DNA of 57,473 nucleotides, from assembly GCA_037440345.1 (NCBI GenBank), contig JBBIUJ010000002.1:1-57473 (forward strand), written 5' to 3'. Position 1 is the stretch's first letter, and each line of letters begins with the position of its first letter. The stretch is from Prolixibacter sp. (lineage in GTDB: Bacteria > Bacteroidota > Bacteroidia > Bacteroidales > Prolixibacteraceae). A model generated the notes under the pieces. The model had not been told where the DNA came from. It saw nothing but the letters and a program-made list of their open reading frames with translations, and ran no database searches. Positions 36,604 to 45,380 of the stretch are shown in pieces. Position numbers and translations under genes: made by a program.

Positions 36604-38301
36604 ATGAAAACAATTTCATTTTTCACCATTGGGTTGTCACTTTTGATCTCAAATCAAACGGCCTTTGCGGCAAGCGGGCCGGACAATCCTTCTGTATCTG
36701 CCGCGGTTCAATCGATGACAAATACAGCGAAGATCTCCAGTTCCCCCGAATTGTATAATCTGGCGCAGAATTGGGCCAAGGATTACAATGCAGCCAATCC
36801 GTCTTCCATGATCACTGTGGGACAGGCTGTTACGGGGAATACAGTGCAAGCTGAAACTTTATTTTTAGCTTCGGATGAAAATACTCCCGTGCTATCCAAT
36901 CCTTCGAATTGGAAAATGGTGGTTGGTAGGGATGTAATCGTTCCAATTATTTCTGCAAAGAATCCGATGCTCAGTCAGTTGGCTCAAGTCGGGTTATCTG
37001 CCGAAAAATTTGCCATGCTTTTTAAGGGTACTGAAATAAAGAAATGGTCAACGTATGTTCCGAATGGTCAGAATGTTCCAGTACAGATCTATTTACCCGA
37101 CAACCGGAATCTGCTGACTAGCCTGGAAGCTTTTACCAATTCCTCAATAGCCACAACCAGCGTAAAAAGCTTGAACTCTGCTGATGAGCTCATCTCCGCC
37201 GTTCAAAATGACATGTTTTCTATCGGTTTTTGTAAGCTAAGTGACTTAAAATCCTTGAATGTTTATAGTGAGGCAGAAAAGATCAGACTTCTGCCGATCG
37301 ACAAAAACGGCAATGGACGGCTGGACAATTTTGAAAATATTTATGGGAGCCTTGAGGAATTTACCCATGGGGTATGGATCGGTAAATACCCAAATGCTTT
37401 GTGTAATAATATCTATGCTGTTTCAGTAATAAAACCTACGCAAAAAAGCGAGGTGGCTTTCCTTTCCTGGATACTAAATGACGGACAGAAATTATTGAAT
37501 TCTAACGGATTTTGTGATTTGACGAGCAGTGAGAAGGAGTCAAACTTGGCCTCATTGGTGGGAGCAGGTGCTGATCATCCAAATTTAACTTCAATTGTTG
37601 CCTCTCCAAAAACCTGGCCGGTAATGCTGACAATCGCCGGGTTGGTCGGATTATTCCTGATTCTCTTTTTCTATAGCAAAGGCAGTACTGCTTCAGCCCC
37701 CATAGATCCACATATCCAACTTGCACCACTCATGGTTGAAAAGATTATGGATGTACCCAAAGGCCTCTACTTTGACAAAACCCACACATGGGCTTTCATG
37801 GAGCAGGATGGTAATGTCAGGGTTGGTATAGACGATTTTCTACAGCACATAACCGGGAAATTGACCAAAATTAAAATGAGGGAAGCAGGTGAGCAAGTGC
37901 GGAAAGGTGAAACAATCATGACGATCATTCAGGAAGGCAAGCAATTGAATATCTATGCTCCAATTTCCGGAACAATTCTGGAACAGAACGGATCTCTGCT
38001 CACAGACACCGGCATTATCAATACATCACCTTTCTTCAAAGGATGGGTCTACCAGATCGAACCTAAGAATTGGTTGAGAGAGGTTCAGTTCATGTTTATG
38101 GGGGATAAATATGCCGAGTGGCTCAAAGATGAATTTACCAGACTCAAGGATTTCATTGCCGCAACTGTCCGAACCAATAACCTGGTCTATGCACATGTTG
38201 TGCTTCAGGATGGGGGAGAATTAACCGACAACGTACTTGCTGAAATGGATCCAAAAGTTTGGGAAGATTTTCAGACACAATTCATTGATTCTTCCAGGTA
38301 A
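36604..38301 (+). CDS. Fusion protein: signal peptide + PstS-like periplasmic binding domain + one TM + GcvH-like (lipoyl-carrier fold) domain + conserved C-terminal extension
   Basis: PBP_like_2-type motifs (ISSSPELYNLAQNWAKDY...ITV, FSIGFCKLSDL). TM at aa 337-356. GcvH-like blocks KTHTWAF, VGIDDFLQ, QEGKQLNIYAPISG and SPFFKGWVYQIEP. Confidence 0.75.
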   Translation: MKTISFFTIGLSLLISNQTAFAASGPDNPSVSAAVQSMTNTAKISSSPELYNLAQNWAKDYNAANPSSMITVGQAVTGNTVQAETLFLASDENTPVLSNPSNWKMVVGRDVIVPIISAKNPMLSQLAQVGLSAEKFAMLFKGTEIKKWSTYVPNGQNVPVQIYLPDNRNLLTSLEAFTNSSIATTSVKSLNSADELISAVQNDMFSIGFCKLSDLKSLNVYSEAEKIRLLPIDKNGNGRLDNFENIYGSLEEFTHGVWIGKYPNALCNNIYAVSVIKPTQKSEVAFLSWILNDGQKLLNSNGFCDLTSSEKESNLASLVGAGADHPNLTSIVASPKTWPVMLTIAGLVGLFLILFFYSKGSTASAPIDPHIQLAPLMVEKIMDVPKGLYFDKTHTWAFMEQDGNVRVGIDDFLQHITGKLTKIKMREAGEQVRKGETIMTIIQEGKQLNIYAPISGTILEQNGSLLTDTGIINTSPFFKGWVYQIEPKNWLREVQFMFMGDKYAEWLKDEFTRLKDFIAATVRTNNLVYAHVVLQDGGELTDNVLAEMDPKVWEDFQTQFIDSSR

Positions 38302-38345
38302 CAAGAACACAACACTTTTACTAACAGCAGACTAATTTATATCGT

Positions 38346-39212
38346 ATGAATTTTGATCGACGTAATTTCTTTAAGACCGTTTGTGTTGCCGGCGCAACAC
38401 TCGCAGTGGGAAACAGTTTTGGAGCTTCGAAACCGGATGGAAATACCATAGAATTTCAAGGTGTCCTGTACGACTCAACCCGCTGCCTGGGCTGCCGGGC
38501 GTGCGAAAGGGTTTGTGCCAAGGCGCATGAACTCCCTGAACCTAAAGATGAACTAAAAGCCGGTGTTATTCGGAAAACCAGTGAAAAACAGCGCTCAGTG
38601 ATCAACAACTATGTCACTTCAAAGGGCGAAGTCTACATCAAAAAACAGTGCATGCATTGCAACGAGCCAGCTTGTGCAGCTGCCTGTCTTACCCAGGCCA
38701 TGTACAAAACCAAAGAGGGTCCTGTTGTCTGGAGAGGCAACAAATGCATGGGATGCCGGTTTTGCATGGTCTCTTGTCCGTTTGATGTGCCAAAATTTGA
38801 GTACCACAGCGCAAATCCAAAAATTGAAAAGTGCGATATGTGCTATGAACGAATAAAAGCAGGAAAAATCCCTGCTTGTTCCGAAGCATGTCCTGGTGAT
38901 GCCCTGACTTTCGGAACGAGAAGGGAGTTGATAGCCGAAGCCAGAAAGAGAATTTTTGAAAACCCCAAAGATTATGTAGATCAAATATGGGGAGAACAGG
39001 TTGCAGGAGGAACCGGCTGGCTCTACCTTTCATCTGCCCCTTTCAATGAAGTGGGATTCAATACCAAACTGCAAAACTCCTCATATCCCGAATTGTCCAA
39101 GGGATTTCTCTATGCCGTTCCTTCAGTATTTGTACTGTTACCCCCACTTTTGCTGGGTATCCACGAAGCCACAAAAAATAGAAACCACGCTAATGACGAA
39201 GAAAATGAATAA
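38346..39212 (+). CDS. Tat-exported 4x[4Fe-4S] ferredoxin subunit with a C-terminal TM anchor (HybA/DsrO/NrfC-like)
   Basis: RRNFFK Tat signal. Sixteen Cys in four groups: CLGCRACERVC, CMHCNEPACAAAC, CMGCRFCMVSCP and CDMC...CSEACP. Hydrophobic C-terminal helix. Confidence 0.85.
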   Translation: MNFDRRNFFKTVCVAGATLAVGNSFGASKPDGNTIEFQGVLYDSTRCLGCRACERVCAKAHELPEPKDELKAGVIRKTSEKQRSVINNYVTSKGEVYIKKQCMHCNEPACAAACLTQAMYKTKEGPVVWRGNKCMGCRFCMVSCPFDVPKFEYHSANPKIEKCDMCYERIKAGKIPACSEACPGDALTFGTRRELIAEARKRIFENPKDYVDQIWGEQVAGGTGWLYLSSAPFNEVGFNTKLQNSSYPELSKGFLYAVPSVFVLLPPLLLGIHEATKNRNHANDEENE

Positions 39213-40434
39213 GCAAGCTCAAACCATAGCGAAAGACAACGATGGGAGTTCCATCATTAAATTTATTTTGAGTGAATTGAAGCCCAAAGGTAGGATATTG
39301 ACTCCTTTCAACATCATTGCAATCCCAATCATCCTGCTTGGTATTGTGTTGATTGTTATAAGGTTCATGAACGGGATCGGATCCATTACCAACTTGTCAC
39401 AAGAGACTCCCTGGGGTTTGTGGATCGGATTTGATGTTGTGACAGGTGTTGCTTTTGCTGGCGGCGCTTATGTTCTCACTTTCATGGTCTATATCCTGAA
39501 GATGGAAAAATACCGTTCCATCGTTAGAGTCACGGTTCTGAATGGTTTTCTTGCCTATCTGTTTTATGCCGGCGCATTGCTGCTGGATCTTGGAAGGCCA
39601 TGGAATGTGGTCAATCCAATCATCGGCAACAGTTTTGGTACCAGTTCGGTCCTGTTTCTGGTGGCATGGCATTTCTTACTTTACATGATCGCCGAGCTTA
39701 TCGAGTTTTCACCTGCCATCGCCGAATGGCTGGGCACCAGAAGGGCCCGTAAAATTCTTTCAGGATTGACCATGGGCGCCGTTATTTTTGGTATCACCTT
39801 GTCTACTTTGCATCAATCAGGACTGGGGGCCCTATTTTTGATGGCCAAGGATAAAATCCATCCACTGTGGTATTCCGAATTTATCCCCATCATGTTTCTG
39901 GTATCCAGTATTTTTGCAGGATTATCGATGGTCATTTTTGAGGGTTCCATTAGTCACAAAGTATTCTTCAATCAGATCAGCGAGAAAAACCACAAGGCTC
40001 AGGGGGGGATACTTCAGGGATTGGCCAAGATCTGTGCCGGGGCCATGTTTGCCTACTTCTTTCTGCAACTGCTGGTTTTTATACACAGCAAAAATTGGGA
40101 TCTTATAAATACACCAATGGGTTATTGGTTCCTTTTCGAAATGATAGGTTTTGTCCTGGTCCCAATGCTGCTTTACCTGTATAGCTACCGTACCCGGAAT
40201 ATTCTCCTGATACGAGTGGCAGCCATCCTGACCATGTTGGGAATCATATTGAACAGGCTGAATATTTCAGTGATAGGTTTCAAATGGGATGCACCCGTTC
40301 ATTACTATCCATCGTGGATGGAAATTGTCGTCACCCTCACTGTAATTTTTACGGAGATATTAATATTCAGATGGATCATTCACCGCATGCCTGTGTTGAG
40401 GGACTCACCAGCCTGGGTGGAAGAGGAACATTAA
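39193..40434 (+). CDS. NrfD/HybB/DsrP/PsrC-family integral membrane quinone-interacting subunit
   Basis: About 10 predicted TM helices and a size of about 410 aa, positioned directly after the NrfC-like gene. The start is chosen at ATG 39193 (MTKKMNK), overlapping the upstream stop. The longer ORF from 39001 lies inside the FeS gene. Confidence 0.8.
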   Translation: MTKKMNKQAQTIAKDNDGSSIIKFILSELKPKGRILTPFNIIAIPIILLGIVLIVIRFMNGIGSITNLSQETPWGLWIGFDVVTGVAFAGGAYVLTFMVYILKMEKYRSIVRVTVLNGFLAYLFYAGALLLDLGRPWNVVNPIIGNSFGTSSVLFLVAWHFLLYMIAELIEFSPAIAEWLGTRRARKILSGLTMGAVIFGITLSTLHQSGLGALFLMAKDKIHPLWYSEFIPIMFLVSSIFAGLSMVIFEGSISHKVFFNQISEKNHKAQGGILQGLAKICAGAMFAYFFLQLLVFIHSKNWDLINTPMGYWFLFEMIGFVLVPMLLYLYSYRTRNILLIRVAAILTMLGIILNRLNISVIGFKWDAPVHYYPSWMEIVVTLTVIFTEILIFRWIIHRMPVLRDSPAWVEEEH

Positions 40435-40487
40435 TGAAAATTGATAAAGTCACAAATTAAATATTGTAAACTTTAATAAGCTTCACC

Positions 40488-41264
40488 ATGGACGGATTTA
40501 CTTACCACAACATTTTTGAAACGAAGGGGATAGAATATCTGGCAATTATCGCCTTCTTCGCCATCCTGATTCCATTCTGGATTATCCTGAACAGACAGGT
40601 AAGGATGACCAAACAACTACAAAAAAAATTAGGAATTCTGACTGCCAGTATGTTAAGGATCCCGCAAGGCATTTATTTTAGCAAAAATCACATGTGGACA
40701 CATCTCGACAGCAAAGGGATTGCCAAAGTCGGGGTGGATGATCTGTTGCTACACCTTACGGGAGAAGTAAAATTTAGCAGACTCAGGAAACCAGGAGAAA
40801 TTGTTAAAAAGGAGGATCTGCTCGCCGTGATCAATCACGATGGTAAACAATTAAAAATAGTATCACCCATTTCTGGGGAAATCATTTCGGCCAATACTGT
40901 GCTTCAGGATAATCCTGAAATACTCAATGAAGATCCTTACCAAAAAGGTTGGATGTACAAAATCAAGCCATCCAGATGGATAGCCGAAACGAGTACCTGC
41001 TATCTAGCTGAAGAAGCAACCGGTTGGTCGGTCAAGGAGTTGGAAAGATTCAAGGATTTTCTTGCTACTTCTGTGGAAAGATATACTCCGGAACCTTCCA
41101 ATATTATATTGCAAGATGGTGGTGAATTGATTGATCAGCCTCTTTCTGTACTACCAGAGGAAGTTTGGAAAGATTTCGAGCATAGCTTTCTTGGGACAAA
41201 ACCAACTTACCCACATTTCCGCGGATTGGAGAAGAGCGGTTACGAACCCGAGTATTTTCAATAG
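40488..41264 (+). CDS. Membrane-tethered GcvH-like protein (one N-terminal TM), paralog of the C-terminal half of 36604..38301
   Basis: TM at aa 17-35, followed by the basic stretch NRQVRMTKQLQKK. GcvH-like blocks KNHMWTH, VGVDDLLL, HDGKQLKIVSPISG and DPYQKGWMYKIKP. It shares the extension ...LQDGGEL...VWKDFE. Confidence 0.75.
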   Translation: MDGFTYHNIFETKGIEYLAIIAFFAILIPFWIILNRQVRMTKQLQKKLGILTASMLRIPQGIYFSKNHMWTHLDSKGIAKVGVDDLLLHLTGEVKFSRLRKPGEIVKKEDLLAVINHDGKQLKIVSPISGEIISANTVLQDNPEILNEDPYQKGWMYKIKPSRWIAETSTCYLAEEATGWSVKELERFKDFLATSVERYTPEPSNIILQDGGELIDQPLSVLPEEVWKDFEHSFLGTKPTYPHFRGLEKSGYEPEYFQ

Positions 41265-41320
41265 ATGCGCTTTGCTTATCAAGTCAATGTAAGTTTTTGT
41301 TTAATAGATTTTTAGCGACA

Positions 41321-41356
41321 GAAGCGATGTGCATGCCACATCGCTTCATTTTTATT
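41321..41356 (+). terminator. Rho-independent terminator ending the 36604..41264 operon
   Basis: An 11-bp perfect stem GAAGCGATGTG/CACATCGCTTC with loop CATGC, followed by ATTTTTATT. Confidence 0.8.
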
Positions 41357-41565
41357 AGGCATTTATTCAATTCGCTCTTTAGAATGCAAACAAATATGCA
41401 AGAAAATTGAATATTTGAACCATTTTTTAAATTTTTGAGATTAACTTAGCATACAGTAACACCATATCTTTCAGGCACTTTAGCAACTTTTGAAAATGCA
41501 AGTACGCTGGTCACTTCCAAACAAAGGTTAATTGTCTGACGATTGAGTTAACATTCATTGCTACA

Positions 41566-43236
41566 ATGAGTTGGATACATAGAATATCGAAAGGTAACAA
41601 AGTTGGGGCCCCCATCTTAAACAGTTATGTGAAATTTCGTTCCTCCATTTATGGAAGGGTAGTTGTAATAATTACTATCTCCTCCTTTTTTCTCTTTTTG
41701 TCGTTTGGCGTTATCTTCCGCTCAGTCAATGAGAATTACATGAAGTCTGTCATTCGGGAGAGCGGGAACAACATCGGAGTCCTGGTGGAAGGCGCTTTAT
41801 ATCGGTCGATGCTGGAAAATGACAGGACTGCCTTGCAGGGTACGCTGGATATCATCAATACCATGTCGGGGATCGATGATGTAAACATGTACGACAACAA
41901 AAATAACCTGGTTTACTCCTCCATTGCAAACGATACTACCAATCACAGCGATCCTGATTGTATATCCTGTCACAAAAATTTTGCAACCATGTTCTCTTCC
42001 ACTGATAAATCCTACAAAATTATCGGGATTGACAGTGAATGCAGCATGAACCATAACAACAACAATTGCAGGCATCTGTTGATAAAATCACCGATTCGCA
42101 ATGACAAATCGTGCTATACCAGTGCCTGTCATGCTCATAGTGAAAACGACAAAGTTCTTGGTTCATTGATTATTAAGATTCCTCTTTCAGGTTTGGACGC
42201 TGCTTTGCAGAAATCCACCACCGATTATTTTTTTCTGGCTGCATTGCTTACCTTTTTGTTAATTCTCTTTTTAATATTCTTTACCCGAAAGAAAATTAAG
42301 AATCCGTTGAATGCAATTATTAAAGCAAGTTTGGCTGTTGCCGGAGGCGACAGGAGTACCAGGCTCGAAGTTAAACCCCACCAGTTATCAGATATGAGAA
42401 TGGTGTCGGTTGCTTTCAATGAGATGCTTGACAACCTGCAGACAGCCACCAATGAGTTGCAAAACTGGTCGCAACAACTCGAATATAAAGTGCAGAAGAA
42501 GTCTGAGGAGCTTGGGCAGGCACAAAATGAACTTATCAATGTCGAAAGGATCGCTTCGCTGGGCAAATTGTCACTTTCCGTAGCGCACGAAATCAACAAT
42601 CCCCTTTCCGGAATATTGATTTATGCAAAATTGGTGTACGAACAACTTGGTAACCAGGATATTGATCCGGCTAAAAAGGAATTGATGCTCAAACATCTGA
42701 AACTCATTGAAAATGAGACCAAGCGGTGTGGTGATATCGTCAAGGGGTTGCTTGATTTTTCGAGAAAAAACCAGGATGGTTTCGAGCAAAAACACCTTCA
42801 TGAAATATTGAATGAAACCTTTGAATTGATGTCACATCCGATGAAGATTGCCAATGTCCATTTCATTTCGGATTTTTCGGCCAAACCGGATCTGATCTAT
42901 TGTAGTCCTAACCAGATCAAGCAGGCCTGTATTGGGATTTTGGTCAATGCATCGGAAGCTGTTTCTGAGAACGGGGAAGTTCTCTTCAGGACGCTGAACC
43001 CGGATGCAGATCATATCCGCATTGAGATATCCGACAATGGTGTGGGAATCAATGAGGAGGATATTTCCCATATTTTTGAACCGTTCTTTTCTACCAAACA
43101 GAATGCCAGCGGTATAGGTCTTGGATTGGCAATCGTTCATGGAATCGTTCAGAACCACAAAGGAAAAGCAGATGTAAAATCAGAAAGAGGCAAGGGTACG
43201 ACAATTTCACTGACACTACCTCTTATCAGGAATTAA
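41566..43236 (+). CDS. Sensor histidine kinase with a Cys-rich periplasmic domain carrying a CxxCH heme-c motif; HAMP, HisKA and HATPase domains
   Basis: Two TM helices (aa ~31-51 and ~221-240) bracket a domain with CISCH (aa 132-136), C159/C168 and CYTSACH (aa 183-189). H-box [12 protein letters not shown]-boxes DNGVGI and GIGLGL. Confidence 0.85.
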   Translation: MSWIHRISKGNKVGAPILNSYVKFRSSIYGRVVVIITISSFFLFLSFGVIFRSVNENYMKSVIRESGNNIGVLVEGALYRSMLENDRTALQGTLDIINTMSGIDDVNMYDNKNNLVYSSIANDTTNHSDPDCISCHKNFATMFSSTDKSYKIIGIDSECSMNHNNNNCRHLLIKSPIRNDKSCYTSACHAHSENDKVLGSLIIKIPLSGLDAALQKSTTDYFFLAALLTFLLILFLIFFTRKKIKNPLNAIIKASLAVAGGDRSTRLEVKPHQLSDMRMVSVAFNEMLDNLQTATNELQNWSQQLEYKVQKKSEELGQAQNELINVERIASLGKLSLSVAHEINNPLSGILIYAKLVYEQLGNQDIDPAKKELMLKHLKLIENETKRCGDIVKGLLDFSRKNQDGFEQKHLHEILNETFELMSHPMKIANVHFISDFSAKPDLIYCSPNQIKQACIGILVNASEAVSENGEVLFRTLNPDADHIRIEISDNGVGINEEDISHIFEPFFSTKQNASGIGLGLAIVHGIVQNHKGKADVKSERGKGTTISLTLPLIRN

Positions 43237-43248
43237 TGTTTATATAGT

Positions 43249-44589
43249 ATGGCCAAAAAAATTTCAATTTTAATTGTTGACGATGAGGAATCGGTAAGGG
43301 ATTCGTTGTACAACTGGTTCATAGAAGATGGTTATTATGTCGAATGTGCCGAAAATGCAAAAAAAGCCCTCACAATTCTTCAGTCCGACAGCTTCAACAT
43401 CGTACTGGCAGACATCAAAATGCCCGGTATGGATGGCCTGGAAATGTTAAAACGCATCAAGGCCTTGAAAAGCGACGCCATTGTCATTATCATGACCGCC
43501 TTCGCTACGGTAGATACAGCAGTGCAGGCCCTAAAAGACGGTGCATATGACTATGTGACGAAGCCGTTCGATCCGGACGATCTTTCCCATTTGATCAGGA
43601 ATGCCTCCAAGCAAATATCCCTGATCGAAGAGAATGAGATTTTGAAAGACAAAGTTATTTCGCTCGAAAATGTGGAAGATATGGTGGGCCACAGCGAAGC
43701 CATGCTGGAGGTATTCAGGCAAATTGAGAGTGTAGCGCAATCCAATGCTTCCGTGATTATCACCGGCGAAAGCGGTACTGGTAAAGAGCTTGTAGCGAAA
43801 GCCATACACGCCAATTCACCGCGCAAATTCTTTCCGATGGTAAGCGTTCATTGTGGTGCATTGACTGAAAGTCTACTCGAAAGTGAACTGTTCGGACATG
43901 AAAAGGGGGCATTTACAGGTGCCGTCTACAACAGAAAAGGCCGGTTCGAAATGGCCGACAGCGGTACAATTTTTTTGGATGAAATTGCCACCATCTCTCC
44001 AAAAATGCAGGTGGAACTTTTGCGTGTGCTGGAGACGAAAAGCTTTGTCAGGGTTGGCGGAAACAAGGAGATTAGTTCCGATTTCAGGGTACTGTGTGCC
44101 ACCAACAGGGATTTAAAGGGTTTGGTTGAGAAAGGTTTGTTCCGTGAAGACCTTTTTTATCGGCTCAATGTGGTAAATATCAATATACCACCATTGCGGG
44201 AACGGGTGGAGGATATTCCTTTGCTGATCGATTATTTTATCAAGAAGTATTGCAGTTCAATGAACAGGCCCATTGTCACCATTGAACCTGCTGCGTTGCA
44301 TCGCATGGAGACATATACCTATCCCGGGAATATCCGTGAACTCGAAAATATGATCGAGCGCGCCATTGTTATTGGAAATGGAAAGAAGATCATGCTGAGG
44401 GATCTTCCACTGATGAAGGAGCGAAGCCAACCAACCTTTGAGAGCCTGGATGACCTTGGCAAAAAGCACATTCTTCAGATACTTAACAAATACAGCTGGA
44501 ACATAACAGTTTCGGCCAAGGCATTGAAACTCGACAGGGTTACACTGTACAACAAGATTAAGAAATATGGTCTGACGCCACCAAAATGA
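43249..44589 (+). CDS. Sigma-54-dependent response regulator (NtrC/AtoC family: REC + AAA+ + Fis-type HTH)
   Basis: Receiver DDEE...LADIKMPGMDG, Walker A GESGTGKE, sigma-54 contact loop GAFTGA, and a C-terminal HTH. Confidence 0.92.
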   Translation: MAKKISILIVDDEESVRDSLYNWFIEDGYYVECAENAKKALTILQSDSFNIVLADIKMPGMDGLEMLKRIKALKSDAIVIIMTAFATVDTAVQALKDGAYDYVTKPFDPDDLSHLIRNASKQISLIEENEILKDKVISLENVEDMVGHSEAMLEVFRQIESVAQSNASVIITGESGTGKELVAKAIHANSPRKFFPMVSVHCGALTESLLESELFGHEKGAFTGAVYNRKGRFEMADSGTIFLDEIATISPKMQVELLRVLETKSFVRVGGNKEISSDFRVLCATNRDLKGLVEKGLFREDLFYRLNVVNINIPPLRERVEDIPLLIDYFIKKYCSSMNRPIVTIEPAALHRMETYTYPGNIRELENMIERAIVIGNGKKIMLRDLPLMKERSQPTFESLDDLGKKHILQILNKYSWNITVSAKALKLDRVTLYNKIKKYGLTPPK

Positions 44590-44677
44590 TAGACGATAGG
44601 ACTGGGAGAGTGGGGGACCATGGGAGCTGAACCCTGCTATAAATGGAAAGAAACTGAGTAACTGTAACGGAGTCCGA

Positions 44678-44700
44678 TCCATGAGCATAGTCGAAGGGAC
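44678..44700 (+). repeat. 3'-intergenic motif copy (degenerate)
   Basis: TCCATGAGCATAGTCGAAGGGAC lies downstream of the response-regulator stop, in sense orientation. Confidence 0.55.
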
Positions 44701-44808
44701 TGATGGTCATAATAGCTTGACAGTCCTGCGAGTCTTGTAAATTGCAATTAGAATAAAAGAAAAGATGCAGAATCAAACTCCCAACAATTGAGCAAAACCT
44801 ACCTTTGA

Positions 44809-45345
44809 ATGAAGCTGGAAAAAATCAAATTGATCTCCTTTGGATATTTTGAGAAGGGCCTTCTTGATAAAGTAGTTAAGAATGTGGAACATGAATTTCA
44901 ACTTCCTGTCAAAACAAAGGAGGGTCATCTGGATCTCAGCCTATTTTATGATCCTGCCCGACGGCAGTATGATGGATTCAGGTTACTGAAAGAGATCGAT
45001 TCCGGTTTTGCCAAAGAGACAAACAAAACCCTCGGACTTTTCAATGTTGATCTCTATATTCCCATATTAACCTACATATTTGGGCAGGCATATCTGAACG
45101 GTCGAACCGGAATCGCTTCGATCTACCGATTGAGAAACGAACGGTATGGTATCTTCAAAGACGAGAAAATACTGGTGGAACGATTTCGAAAAGAGGTCAT
45201 ACACGAGCTAGGCCATACCTTTGGATTGATCCACTGCCATGACCCTTCGTGTGTGATGCGGTCGAGCACCTATGTTGAAGACATCGATCAAAAAGAACAT
45301 CAGTTATGCCGCCATTGCAAAGAGAAACTGACCATTCACACCTGA
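44809..45345 (+). CDS. amzA: Archaemetzincin-type zinc metalloprotease (peptidase M54-like)
   Basis: HELGHTFGLIHCHDPSCVMRSS...CRHC matches the archaemetzincin signature HExxHxxGxxHCxxxxCxM plus the terminal CxxC. Confidence 0.8.
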   Translation: MKLEKIKLISFGYFEKGLLDKVVKNVEHEFQLPVKTKEGHLDLSLFYDPARRQYDGFRLLKEIDSGFAKETNKTLGLFNVDLYIPILTYIFGQAYLNGRTGIASIYRLRNERYGIFKDEKILVERFRKEVIHELGHTFGLIHCHDPSCVMRSSTYVEDIDQKEHQLCRHCKEKLTIHT

Positions 45346-45380
45346 AAGGTTTCCAAAACCTTTCAGGTGATGATCGCTGA

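Noticed and set aside
39001-39192. N-terminal 64 codons of the ORF-track NrfD-like ORF
   Set aside because: This stretch lies wholly inside the FeS-protein gene in another frame and encodes no membrane segment. ATG 39193 (MTKKMNK), overlapping the upstream stop, is the likelier start.
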